Source: a virus
Taxonomy: Duplodnaviria; Caudoviricetes
DNA length: 38,044 nt
Virus record (IMG/VR): IMGVR_UViG_3300020045_002920
Location: 1 to 38,044 of that record
Strand: one strand, 5' to 3'
Under the pieces are notes generated by a model that did no database searches, had not been told where the DNA came from, and worked only from the letters and a program-made list of their open reading frames with translations. The stretch's first letter is position 1, and every line of letters starts with the position of its first letter. Both the position numbers and the translations under genes were made by a program. Below are positions 16,516 to 25,041 of the stretch, one piece after another.

Positions 16516-17075
16516 TCCTTTTCAAACACTACTCGCTCTTTAGCTCTGCGTGTGATAAGCCCTTTTAGGACTACCCCGCCTCCCGTTGTATATCGCATCA
16601 CAGGCTTTCCATTCTGCATCCTGATAGTGCCGTCCTTATTCTTCTGAGGAATCTCATTGAACGCCTTAGCAGCTTCTTTGCAAGATCTTGTATTTACCCA
16701 AGTAGCCATGTCACCACAGACAGCCCCAGTATTAAAATTGTACGAGACAAGCGCATCATAAGAGTTCTTCCCTAGTGCCACTTTAACACACCGTACAACG
16801 TCCTTGGCTGCGATGGCAAGATCTTCCTTTAGCCAAGCCCTACATTGCTCCTTCGTAGCCGTCATGCCTTTGTAAACACCTCTGGTGTGCCCATTACAGA
16901 TGGTTGGCAATTTCCATCCAGTGTTTGGTGAAGGATCAGGATAGGCTATATAAAGCCCTTGAGCATTCTTAGGTCCGAACCCCTCTTCAGTTTCAACAAA
17001 GGAGAGAAGCCCTGCTGAAATACCTAGCGCAGCTAGAACACCCGCTAAGAACTTCTTTACATTATTTGGTTCCAT
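16506..17075 (-). CDS. SAR endolysin (GH24 lysozyme)
   Basis: Gly/Ala-rich N-terminal signal-anchor, then EEG...YPD...TICNGHT, ALVSYNFNTG and GLITRRAKE. Confidence 0.9.
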   Translation of the reverse strand: MEPNNVKKFLAGVLAALGISAGLLSFVETEEGFGPKNAQGLYIAYPDPSPNTGWKLPTICNGHTRGVYKGMTATKEQCRAWLKEDLAIAAKDVVRCVKVALGKNSYDALVSYNFNTGAVCGDMATWVNTRSCKEAAKAFNEIPQKNKDGTIRMQNGKPVMRYTTGGGVVLKGLITRRAKERVVFEKDCE

Positions 17076-17096
17076 ATTCTCTCCTTAATTTACCCC

Positions 17097-17125
17097 ATTA
17101 TAACATAATAAGTTTAGCAAGTCAA
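17097..17125 (-). promoter_or_regulatory. Sigma70-like promoter for endolysin operon
   Basis: Minus strand TTGACT-17 nt-TATAAT with extended TG. Confidence 0.75.
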
Positions 17126-17135
17126 TCCTGTAGAC

Positions 17136-17162
17136 AAAATAAAAGGAGGGCCGAAGCCCTCC
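17136..17162 (-). terminator. Intrinsic terminator
   Basis: Minus strand GGAGGGC-TTCG-GCCCTCC followed by TTTTATTTT. Confidence 0.85.
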
Positions 17163-17197
17163 AGATATTCTAATGATTGTGAAGAGGGGGGTTATAT

Positions 17198-19174
17198 TTA
17201 CGCTGACAATTTGCAGAGCCGCTGCGCAACTTCCTTGTGCGTACCAACAAACAGCAGGCCCGCGTCACTCCAATATTTAAGCTCATCGAGATACCAGCAG
17301 AACATTGCCGGGTTCTGGTCGTGACCTATGTTCTGGATAACCGCACCCTCTTGCACACCTGCACGGACAAACGCGCGAACAGCGGCCTCTGTCGTTAAAT
17401 CATCTGTGGTTATGTTGGCCTCTGCCATCATCTGATGAGGTGGGATGCGAGCGTCCAGCGTGTATTGTGAGTTGCAATATTCCGCATTCGTAAGCCCGAA
17501 AACATCGTTTGAAGTATTACCCCCGAGTGCGGGAACAAACTCGCCGAACGCATCAAATGCAGCGACAAAATACCGATCATGCGCACTTTGATTCAGTGCG
17601 TAGTAGCGGTAACCATCACCGAAATTATTGTCAATAAACCACTGCTTACCTTGCTGATAGTCGGAGAGAATGCCTGTGTGGTCTGATGTTGATCCTGCAT
17701 AGGTGTAATTCAAACTTGCTGCTGTTGCGCCAGTGAAGTCAATAGCCCCAACATTATTGCGGGCGTCGAACTCTGTGAGGTGTGCGCTGATCGTTGTGTC
17801 ACTCAAGTACCGCAGCCAATACGTCTTTGATAGATCGAATCCGCTCGGAAGTCCTCCTGCGCCAAACACGACCGGAAACCCTTGTGCTCCTGTCGCATCG
17901 TTTCGGGTTGTCCCTACTCCTGCCCGGTGGCCAGATTGAGTCAGCACCGCTCCGGTCACTCCTGTGATGCTCCCGGCAAGCCCGATAGCCTTGCCGTAGG
18001 GGTCAAGCAGACGAACACCATCCACCCCCTTGCCTACCGGATTCAGGTACGATTGGAATGCAACAAGGTGCCCTCTGGAAACGAGCGACCTGAGCTGCTC
18101 AACTGTCGCAAACCCGGCCTGCTGTCCAACATGGCGGCACAAAATATAGTGCGTCGATTTGAACCCAAACGCCTCGACCATATCTATTTTCGACATGGCA
18201 TCCCCGGCAGCAGCCGAAATTGAAACGCCGCTAATTCCCGTAAATCCAGACGGGAATGATGTGCTGAATGCGCCTGTGCCTGCAACTGAGTTTGGCAAAT
18301 ACACGCTGCTTTTGCAGTCATCGAATCGCACAACCGCTGCGGCTTTCCCGCCTCTCGGGTTAAGGTAAATCCCCCCAAAGTCGATGAAGCAGCCTGCGGG
18401 AAGTGGGGATAGTTCGTAGCATTCTGCTGCTGTCGGGGCCTGCACCCGTGCATGGGCGTAAGTAGCTCCTGTTCCGGGGATAAATACTGCCGTGGAGCTG
18501 CTCGACTTGTAGTAACCGTTCGCAGCAGTGCATGTCAGGGCGTAAAAGCGCCATTTCCCGTCAGCCTTGCACCTGAAAATCCAGTCTCCGAATGGGGACG
18601 TAAAATCTGGAGCCCCCGCAGAGTCACGCAACAGCAATACCCTCGCCATTGAGTAGGCTTGCCCGTCTGTACGCTTAGAGCATCGAAGATAAACCCCGAC
18701 GTTTCTTGCCGATGTATCAAGGAAACTTGTGCTTAGAGCAGACTGCCAATGCACAGCGGTAGCTCCTGCACCTTCAAGTCTTATGATGTTTTGTACAGAT
18801 TTATCAGGGGATGATGAGCCAACCAAGGTTGCGTCAGTGCGGTTGTACGAAATCTTTTTCGCAAGGGACGCGTTACTGGCAGTCCCGGCGGCGCTCCAAT
18901 TTTGAATGAGCGCACCGATGCTGCCCCTGTCGCCTTGCGGGGAATACAGCGTAGGGGCACTAGCCCCAAAACCAACAGATGCTGCTGCCGAAACCTCATC
19001 TGGGCTCATTAGGGAATATTCAATCCCCTCGGCCGCGCCTACAAGCCTCCCGGAGACCGAATCAACTTTCGCCGTAACAATAGCCCCTGCAGGAATATCA
19101 TCATTATCAGCAATGAAAAACCTATCCTTGCCTGTATCATATTTTACATCTAGAATTTGTGCACCCTGCGACAT
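17198..19174 (-). CDS. Putative virion spike/fibre with polysaccharide deacetylase (CE4/NodB-like) domain
   Basis: VVRFDD, GFKSTHYI, EQLRSLVSRGHLVA and VIQNIGH resemble CE4 motifs. N-terminus is shared with 19494..20609. Confidence 0.6.
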   Translation of the reverse strand: MSQGAQILDVKYDTGKDRFFIADNDDIPAGAIVTAKVDSVSGRLVGAAEGIEYSLMSPDEVSAAASVGFGASAPTLYSPQGDRGSIGALIQNWSAAGTASNASLAKKISYNRTDATLVGSSSPDKSVQNIIRLEGAGATAVHWQSALSTSFLDTSARNVGVYLRCSKRTDGQAYSMARVLLLRDSAGAPDFTSPFGDWIFRCKADGKWRFYALTCTAANGYYKSSSSTAVFIPGTGATYAHARVQAPTAAECYELSPLPAGCFIDFGGIYLNPRGGKAAAVVRFDDCKSSVYLPNSVAGTGAFSTSFPSGFTGISGVSISAAAGDAMSKIDMVEAFGFKSTHYILCRHVGQQAGFATVEQLRSLVSRGHLVAFQSYLNPVGKGVDGVRLLDPYGKAIGLAGSITGVTGAVLTQSGHRAGVGTTRNDATGAQGFPVVFGAGGLPSGFDLSKTYWLRYLSDTTISAHLTEFDARNNVGAIDFTGATAASLNYTYAGSTSDHTGILSDYQQGKQWFIDNNFGDGYRYYALNQSAHDRYFVAAFDAFGEFVPALGGNTSNDVFGLTNAEYCNSQYTLDARIPPHQMMAEANITTDDLTTEAAVRAFVRAGVQEGAVIQNIGHDQNPAMFCWYLDELKYWSDAGLLFVGTHKEVAQRLCKLSA

Positions 19175-19482
19175 TAGTTCTCTCCTTCTGTGAATTCTTT
19201 AGGTTTCTTACTAGCTTTGTGCATATAATAGATATTTGCAATAAGCCCCAAAATGGTGCATAGGGCACCAATGCCCATACTATTATTTGAGAGGTAGGCC
19301 ATCCCAGCGTGTGCACCATCCCCCACCCAGCTCGCAAACAAAGTGAAGATGGCAGACATCTTCCATAAAAGCTCTGATGTTACAGCCTTCACAGAAGATG
19401 ATTTCCAATCAATCATAATTGCTGCTATGACGAGGGAAACAAATACAGCTATCCCCGATTTAATTTTAGTTGGTTTATCCAT
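19174..19482 (-). CDS. Holin (pinholin-like)
   Basis: 102 aa with 2-3 TM segments, C-terminal GALCTILGLIANIYY followed by a charged tail. Confidence 0.65.
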   Translation of the reverse strand: MDKPTKIKSGIAVFVSLVIAAIMIDWKSSSVKAVTSELLWKMSAIFTLFASWVGDGAHAGMAYLSNNSMGIGALCTILGLIANIYYMHKASKKPKEFTEGEN

Positions 19483-19493
19483 AACTTTTCCAA

Positions 19494-20609
19494 TTAGATT
19501 GTTTTGACTCCGGTTACCATCAGCCGTGCTGCGGGGATTGTGTATCCAGCAGAAGGACTTTCTGTAACAAGATTTAGCCCTGCTGCAGATGCCCATGTGA
19601 CAAACCTCAGTTGTGTTCCGGCTGCGAATGGGTTTGTGCTGACAAAAGTTGCAAGTGTCTTAATGTTCTGTGCAACAGATATTTGTCTTGTGCTAAACTC
19701 AGCAGCAACCCATGTACTTCCATTCCATATTTGAGCTGCTGAATACAACTGTTTTGCACTTCCAGATGTCTGGGAATTATATAAAAAGTTGAAGGAAAAG
19801 TCTCCACTGAACTGAAGTGTGATAACACCTGTAGTGTTATTATAGGAGCCAATAGTGTCCACTATCTCTGTAGGCCAGACAAACACTGTAGGTGTTGTTG
19901 GAAGCTCTGTGCTCGCCGTGCGAAGCTGGGCGTCAATAGCCATTCCGGCACTATTCATCTCAATCTGCTTATCGACAAATACTTCACCATCTGTTGCATT
20001 TTGCTTAACAACATATCCAATGCGTGCAGAGGTCTTGTCTGTCGTGGGCTTCGTGGCTGTCCACACTCCCGCTGTATCGCTAACATATACCATTGTTCCG
20101 GGAGCATACGCAGCAGTATTTATCTCGTGGACAATACCATGAACAGTCACCATGCAATGCTCTCCCTGCAATGGACTGCTCGTCAGAATACCCATGACAC
20201 TGTTCGATTGTGCATAGTTGGTATTCACTGCTTTAGCAATTGTGGGGTGTTCCCCATTACTGCCGTCAATGAATACCACTGTCCCTGCAAGCAGTTGTGC
20301 TCCAGTGTTGTTGATGCAAAGGAGGTGTGTTTCTTGGCCTAGTTGGAGGGTGACGCCCGGAACGCCTACATTCAAAGCTAGTGTCTTGTATTCAGCATCC
20401 CAATATAGAGCCCCAATGTCGGCTTGTGGGCCGGGGTTAGTTATGAAAGTAATCTCTTCAACTGGCCCTGCAACACCTTGGAGGTAGTCACGAACATCTT
20501 GACATTCCTCTGGATTAAGCAAATCGTGGAAGTCGTTTCCGTCGCCAATAAAGAGTTTTCCTGTTCCTGTATCAAACACAGGCGTTAATAGCTGTGCTCC
20601 TTGAGTCAT
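19494..20609 (-). CDS. Virion fibre/structural protein
   Basis: DTGTGKLFIGDG N-terminal motif (Mtd/hyaluronidase N-like), central G..VYVSDTAG..TAT.P domain, C1q-like beta C-terminus. Confidence 0.6.
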   Translation of the reverse strand: MTQGAQLLTPVFDTGTGKLFIGDGNDFHDLLNPEECQDVRDYLQGVAGPVEEITFITNPGPQADIGALYWDAEYKTLALNVGVPGVTLQLGQETHLLCINNTGAQLLAGTVVFIDGSNGEHPTIAKAVNTNYAQSNSVMGILTSSPLQGEHCMVTVHGIVHEINTAAYAPGTMVYVSDTAGVWTATKPTTDKTSARIGYVVKQNATDGEVFVDKQIEMNSAGMAIDAQLRTASTELPTTPTVFVWPTEIVDTIGSYNNTTGVITLQFSGDFSFNFLYNSQTSGSAKQLYSAAQIWNGSTWVAAEFSTRQISVAQNIKTLATFVSTNPFAAGTQLRFVTWASAAGLNLVTESPSAGYTIPAARLMVTGVKTI

Positions 20610-20626
20610 TTGATTTCCTTTGGGAA

Positions 20627-21853
20627 TTAGGTTCTAACTGCCATCCACTGAAAAACAGTTTGGGTGGTGTTTGTACGGGTTACTACGGCACTAAAGCCAG
20701 TAGTCGTAGGGGCAGCAGAGATTGCATATCCGGTAACAGTGCCCCCCGGAACAGCACTCAACAACGTCAGGGAAACGAAAGGAGGGGTGGCATAGGTCTT
20801 GGTAAAAGTCACAGCTTGCGCTGTAGGGGTATTTGCACTTGAGGGGGTAATAGAAACTGTACCAAACTCGAACCTGTCATCCAATTGTTCCTTGGTGACA
20901 ATAGCTTTAGCGCCTCTGGAGTAGTTTAATGTAGGAGTGCTTGTGGGAAGCGTTACTGTGCCGTCTGTGTAGACGATAACAGCATCCGCCTTTGCAGCAG
21001 CACTCACACCAATACCAATCTTACCTTGCTCCCCTGTCACCAAGGGTGTGGAGTATTTACCCATGGCAAAAAATCCAAACCCGCCTAGAGAGATGTTATG
21101 CCCGATTCCTGTAACAAAACTATATGTGGGGCCGGTTATGGTATGAGATGCCCCTGTTACTAGGGCATTATTGGCTGACGAAATTGTGAGAGAATTCCCG
21201 CCGATTAAAGACGCCGAAGAACCAGCCACTGTGTTGCTCCATCCGCCAATCAGGGAGGTATGCGCCGAAGACACTGTATTTACGTTGCCAACGTAAAGTC
21301 CGTCATAAGAGTTGGAAGTAATGTGAACATTACCTCCTGAAACCAACGAATGGAGGCTGGTGGAATCAGAGCTGCAGTAGTGACCAAGAACTGTGCTGCC
21401 AGCGCCTGCGGCGACACAATTATATCCTGAAGCAAATGAAGCTTCCCCTGATGCGGTACATCCCGTTCCACCAGCGTGAGAGAAGTCCCCGGATGCTGTG
21501 CTGCTGTAACCCTCTACGTGAGAGGCCACACCGGAAGCAACACTGGCGCTGCCCTCTGCGTGGGAAGACATCCCAGTGGCCTTGCAGCCCGTTCCCTCTG
21601 CGTTAGCAGCGTAAGCCGAAGCAAGTGTATTAATACCCACAGCTACTGAATATGTTCCCGAAGCGCCTTTCTGTGTTGCGTTGTCTTCGGAATAGCTCAG
21701 ATCAATTGCTAGAACACCAATATCATTCTTTGTGCCACGGTTATCCCCGTGACGCCACATGCCGGTAGAAGTACCCTCGGTTCCTTCCACTGTTGCTGGA
21801 ATATACCCAAGAGAAGCTCCGCCTCCGCCATTACCTTTAGGAGAGATGGGCAC
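20627..21853 (-). CDS. Fibre protein with YadA-head-like (SHAEG) repeats and C-terminal H-type-lectin-like domain
   Basis: Repeats A.G..SHAEG with ~14-aa period; C-terminal GTV...VTFTKTYATPPFV...FQWMAV. Confidence 0.65.
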   Translation of the reverse strand: MPISPKGNGGGGASLGYIPATVEGTEGTSTGMWRHGDNRGTKNDIGVLAIDLSYSEDNATQKGASGTYSVAVGINTLASAYAANAEGTGCKATGMSSHAEGSASVASGVASHVEGYSSTASGDFSHAGGTGCTASGEASFASGYNCVAAGAGSTVLGHYCSSDSTSLHSLVSGGNVHITSNSYDGLYVGNVNTVSSAHTSLIGGWSNTVAGSSASLIGGNSLTISSANNALVTGASHTITGPTYSFVTGIGHNISLGGFGFFAMGKYSTPLVTGEQGKIGIGVSAAAKADAVIVYTDGTVTLPTSTPTLNYSRGAKAIVTKEQLDDRFEFGTVSITPSSANTPTAQAVTFTKTYATPPFVSLTLLSAVPGGTVTGYAISAAPTTTGFSAVVTRTNTTQTVFQWMAVRT

Positions 21854-21854
21854 G

Positions 21855-22127
21855 TTATACTCCTTGCTGTACGCTGACAGACGAGGAGTAGTTGAGAGAC
21901 TTGAGCCACACTTGTTGCTCTCCGCTACTCACTGCGTACATAACCAAGGGCACTAGCACAATACCGTTCATGTCTGAAGCGGCAGGCTGGAGAGCAATTG
22001 TTTTAATCAGGATGTTACCCCCTTTCGGCTGGATCGTCATCGCCGTGCCAAGAGCCATCCCTGTAAGTGTGTTAGCTGACACCCAGGTCGTGCTGGGCAC
22101 AGTAATATCGTTCATGGTGTCCGACAT
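21855..22127 (-). CDS. Small putative virion protein (90 aa)
   Basis: Beta-rich, with AAGGA RBS; first gene of the leftward operon. Confidence 0.6.
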   Translation of the reverse strand: MSDTMNDITVPSTTWVSANTLTGMALGTAMTIQPKGGNILIKTIALQPAASDMNGIVLVPLVMYAVSSGEQQVWLKSLNYSSSVSVQQGV

Positions 22128-22234
22128 ACTTCATTCCTTTGCAAAGGGTCCCTGTTTATGAGACATGTTTGAGAATTCATAATGCAAAAGCCCTCAAGGA
22201 GCGACCAAGAGGGCTATAATTTTTGCATAGTACT

Positions 22235-22263
22235 ATTCTATCACGGAAAGTATGCAAAGTCAA
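22235..22263 (-). promoter_or_regulatory. Leftward sigma70-like promoter
   Basis: Minus strand TTGACT-17 nt-TAGAAT with extended TG. Confidence 0.75.
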
Positions 22264-22315
22264 TGAAGTGCTAATGTTTATTTTCTATACAGCCTATAGC
22301 ACACAAATGTAAATA

Positions 22316-22607
22316 TACCCCGCAGGTACTAACCGAGTTATATCGTTGTCCTTCGGAGTCTCCCAACAAATTACTACGCGCTTCGCTTGTCTTTGCACCA
22401 ATACATTCCTGTACCTACAAGGTATATTTACAAGGTGTAGATAAGAAAGAAAGGGGAGAGCCGAAGAGGCGACTTGGTTTTCTTCTTTTATTTCTTTATT
22501 ACTTATCTCCTACCTTCTCTATTACAGTACCTTTCAGGTACAAACGTAAGTACCCCGCAGGTACTTTACTCTGGACTCTGAGGTACAAATAAAAGGACTT
22601 GGAGGTA
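22316..22607. repeat. Iteron/operator-like repeats (TACC/GGAC-N4-AGGTA), putative replication origin
   Basis: Copies at 22316, 22412, 22528, 22551, 22573 and 22595. The last four are spaced 22-23 bp and flank an AT-rich tract at ~22478-22506. Confidence 0.65.
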
Positions 22608-22626
22608 TATTTATATCTCGTACCTA

Positions 22627-22654
22627 TTGACATTCTGTATATATGTGCTATAAT
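22627..22654 (+). promoter_or_regulatory. Rightward sigma70 consensus promoter
   Basis: TTGACA-16 nt-TATAAT with extended TG; AGGAG RBS follows. Confidence 0.8.
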
Positions 22655-22683
22655 GTATATACGAGTAACCATAGGAGTTAAAT

Positions 22684-22926
22684 ATGTTTGATTGGAAGAT
22701 TGCAACCATTGAAGAGTTGGCTAGGTACATCTTAACAAAGTCCAGAGGGAATATCAACACACAGATTGCTTACTATAAGCTAAAAGGTAACAAAGAGATG
22801 TTGACTAAGATTGAGAAAGCACGTAAGCTTGCAAAGCACTATAAGGCCTCTGCCGTCGCAGAGCAAACCTTACGTGACTACAATGGAGCTACAAATGACG
22901 CTGATACTACCCAAACGCATGATTGA
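22684..22926 (+). CDS. Hypothetical protein (80 aa)
   Basis: First ORF after the promoter, with good RBS. Confidence 0.7.
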   Translation: MFDWKIATIEELARYILTKSRGNINTQIAYYKLKGNKEMLTKIEKARKLAKHYKASAVAEQTLRDYNGATNDADTTQTHD

Positions 22927-23062
22927 TTGGCTAGACACCAATCGTGGCGCAAAGAGCAGGCAAGCATACACACTATCGCTGATTCAGTCTGCGATGGACA
23001 CTGATTCCCACTGTGAGGAAAAGACTAATGGTTCAATCAACAATAACGACGAAGCAAGCTAA
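22883..23062 (+). CDS. Ribbon-helix-helix (CopG/Arc-like) DNA-binding protein
   Basis: QMTLILPKRMIDWLD...SRQAYTLSLIQSAM matches the RHH beta-alpha-alpha pattern. Confidence 0.55.
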   Translation: MELQMTLILPKRMIDWLDTNRGAKSRQAYTLSLIQSAMDTDSHCEEKTNGSINNNDEAS

Positions 23063-23576
23063 TTACTATCAGGCCATTACGGCTATTACTTGTGCTGCAT
23101 CTGTAACCAATACTTCCACAGGAGAGGTGCTACGGCTATCGCTGTTTGATAAGCATGTGCTGTGTTACATCAAACACTTCTGTGCAGTGTATGAACAGAC
23201 TGGTGGCGCTATGTTTGAGGCGCAGGAGTCCATTGCCGAGAGCACAGGTATGGACAGGAAGACAGCGCACAGAAGTATCAAACGCTTGTGCGATCTAGGT
23301 GTTCTTGTGAAGACAGTGTTCTTTGATACAAAAGGCGTATCTAAGAAGAAGCATGCTTCATATGTTTGTGCTAACCTGTCGGATGGCCTGTTCATCTTCA
23401 CGCGTGAGTGGAAGTCTGTGGACAGCAAAGGCAAGGAAATGTTGTGCAAGGAGTACTATGTGATTGTGGATATTGTGAAGAAGGTTGTGGACAAGCCTCT
23501 ACAGAAAGCACCTGCCCCGCCTAAGAAGGTTATCGTACCAACAGTTGGAGAGGATTTCGATGAGTGCCCATTTTAG
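23028..23576 (+). CDS. Winged-HTH protein, putative replication initiator
   Basis: QESIAESTGMDRKTAHRSIKRLCDLGVL is an HTH typical of phage initiators; acidic C-terminus DFDECPF. Confidence 0.6.
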   Translation: MVQSTITTKQANYYQAITAITCAASVTNTSTGEVLRLSLFDKHVLCYIKHFCAVYEQTGGAMFEAQESIAESTGMDRKTAHRSIKRLCDLGVLVKTVFFDTKGVSKKKHASYVCANLSDGLFIFTREWKSVDSKGKEMLCKEYYVIVDIVKKVVDKPLQKAPAPPKKVIVPTVGEDFDECPF

Positions 23577-23636
23577 CCTTGACTTCCCCAACTCCCTGTG
23601 CAACAATGGCTACATTGACTAACGAAGGAGGAACAC

Positions 23637-23969
23637 ATGAAAGACAGCAACATTGTAGTAGCCCTTAACCGGGTACTCACAGAGTATTTTGGTACTCCCT
23701 GTCTGTTCCACAGCTTTACCGCCGAGGTTGCCACAGAGATTAGTTACTATGCAGGGGCACTGCAGGGTCAGTATGGGGCTACCCTAGAGTTTTACGCAAA
23801 TAAGCCTCTACCTACTAAAATGTCTGATTCTGACAGCACTTATGTGGCTACTTCAGAATGTGTGGCTACAGAAACTTGTGATTTTTACAAGCACCATTGT
23901 TTCCTGCTTCTTGGTAGCCGCCTCCGCAAGAAACTGTTGAAAGTAATGTTGAAGCATAACGCAGGCTAA
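23637..23969 (+). CDS. Hypothetical protein (110 aa)
   Basis: GGAGG RBS; promoter-like TTGACT at 23579. Confidence 0.7.
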   Translation: MKDSNIVVALNRVLTEYFGTPCLFHSFTAEVATEISYYAGALQGQYGATLEFYANKPLPTKMSDSDSTYVATSECVATETCDFYKHHCFLLLGSRLRKKLLKVMLKHNAG

Positions 23970-23980
23970 GGAGAATTATC

Positions 23981-24412
23981 ATTACTCGCGTAAACATCGT
24001 CCCTGTTACAGAATTAGCCGATCAGCATTTGTACGCTAAGTACCGCGAAATCCGCCACGTCCCGGCTTCCCTTAAGCGCAGCTTGAAAGCTCGTGGCCTG
24101 CAAGGCGTGCTCAAGGCTATCCCCAAACAATTCACCCTTAACACAGGTCACGTCCTGTTTTTCATGGACAAAGGGGCATACCTAAGCAAACGCTTCGATG
24201 AACTCCGTTCAGAACTTATCAAGCGTGGCTATAACATCCCTGACGATGTTGTGTTCGATAGTGAAGGTATCTTTGAGCAGCATAAATGTCTTCAGCAGGA
24301 TTACTTGCCAGATGACAAAGCTTATGCTATCATTCGGCAACGAATTGCAGAGAAACTGGCTATGAAGCCTAGTTGGTATAAATATTTTGGTAAGCCTTTG
24401 AAGGGGGAGTGA
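23981..24412 (+). CDS. denV: Pyrimidine-dimer DNA glycosylase / endonuclease V (ATT start)
   Basis: (M)[23 protein letters not shown] aligns with T4 DenV [38 protein letters not shown] and KPSWYKY are also conserved. Confidence 0.9.
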   Translation: [143 protein letters not shown]

Positions 24413-24413
24413 A

Positions 24414-24650
24414 ATGCAGGATATTCCGCAAATAGTCTTCCAAGTAGAGGGCGTCAGAGACCCCGTAGCTGTCCTGAGAGAGCTTGTTATAAAAGCTGGT
24501 CACACTCCAGACGAAGATAGCTTCAGTCAGTGGAGTGAATATGTAAACGGGCCTTTTGTACTGAAGTCCTTCGATGATCTGTACAGAGTATTGTCTGAAA
24601 ATGGCTGTGAAATTGACTGGGAAAATAAAGTGTGCTATGCACCAAAATAA
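24414..24650 (+). CDS. Hypothetical protein (78 aa)
   Basis: GGGGAG RBS; tightly coupled to denV. Confidence 0.65.
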   Translation: MQDIPQIVFQVEGVRDPVAVLRELVIKAGHTPDEDSFSQWSEYVNGPFVLKSFDDLYRVLSENGCEIDWENKVCYAPK

Positions 24651-24653
24651 CCC

Positions 24654-24683
24654 TTGACTTACACCCATAAACCATGATATAAT
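24654..24683 (+). promoter_or_regulatory. Sigma70-like promoter
   Basis: TTGACT-18 nt-TATAAT with extended TG. Confidence 0.65.
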
Positions 24684-24718
24684 GCCGTTAATGCCTCTCC
24701 AACCAAAGGAGTAATCCA

Positions 24719-25033
24719 ATGTACAAACTTATCGCAATCCTTTTACTGGCCTTGTTCTCGCAAGCTGTGTTTGCACAAGCGGATGAAGGCCGTCCTGTTG
24801 CAATGTATCAGGATAAAGAGGGCAATGTACTGGTAGTAACTGACAGAGCCTGTATTATTAAAGGTGTTGCAGATACCTCAGCAAATACTCTCATCTTACA
24901 CACGCCTAAAGGTAAGAGGGTTGGGTGCATTGGCAAGGTGAAGGATAAAGTGATAGCTGCTTTTGAAGAGGGCGATTCGATTAAGGTGTTTGATATTACA
25001 AGCTTACGATTTAGTAAGCTTGAGGAAGTTTAA
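24719..25033 (+). CDS. Secreted/periplasmic hypothetical protein
   Basis: Sec signal peptide MYKLIAILLLALFSQAVFA; one Cys pair. Confidence 0.75.
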   Translation: MYKLIAILLLALFSQAVFAQADEGRPVAMYQDKEGNVLVVTDRACIIKGVADTSANTLILHTPKGKRVGCIGKVKDKVIAAFEEGDSIKVFDITSLRFSKLEEV

Positions 25034-25041
25034 TTCACAAT

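Noticed and set aside
20627-21853. Diversity-generating retroelement target
   Set aside because: No reverse transcriptase or template/variable repeat pair was seen in the window.
22316-22607. CRISPR mini-array
   Set aside because: The repeats are only ~13 bp and degenerate, with ~9-10-bp gaps, and there are no cas genes. An iteron/operator reading fits better.
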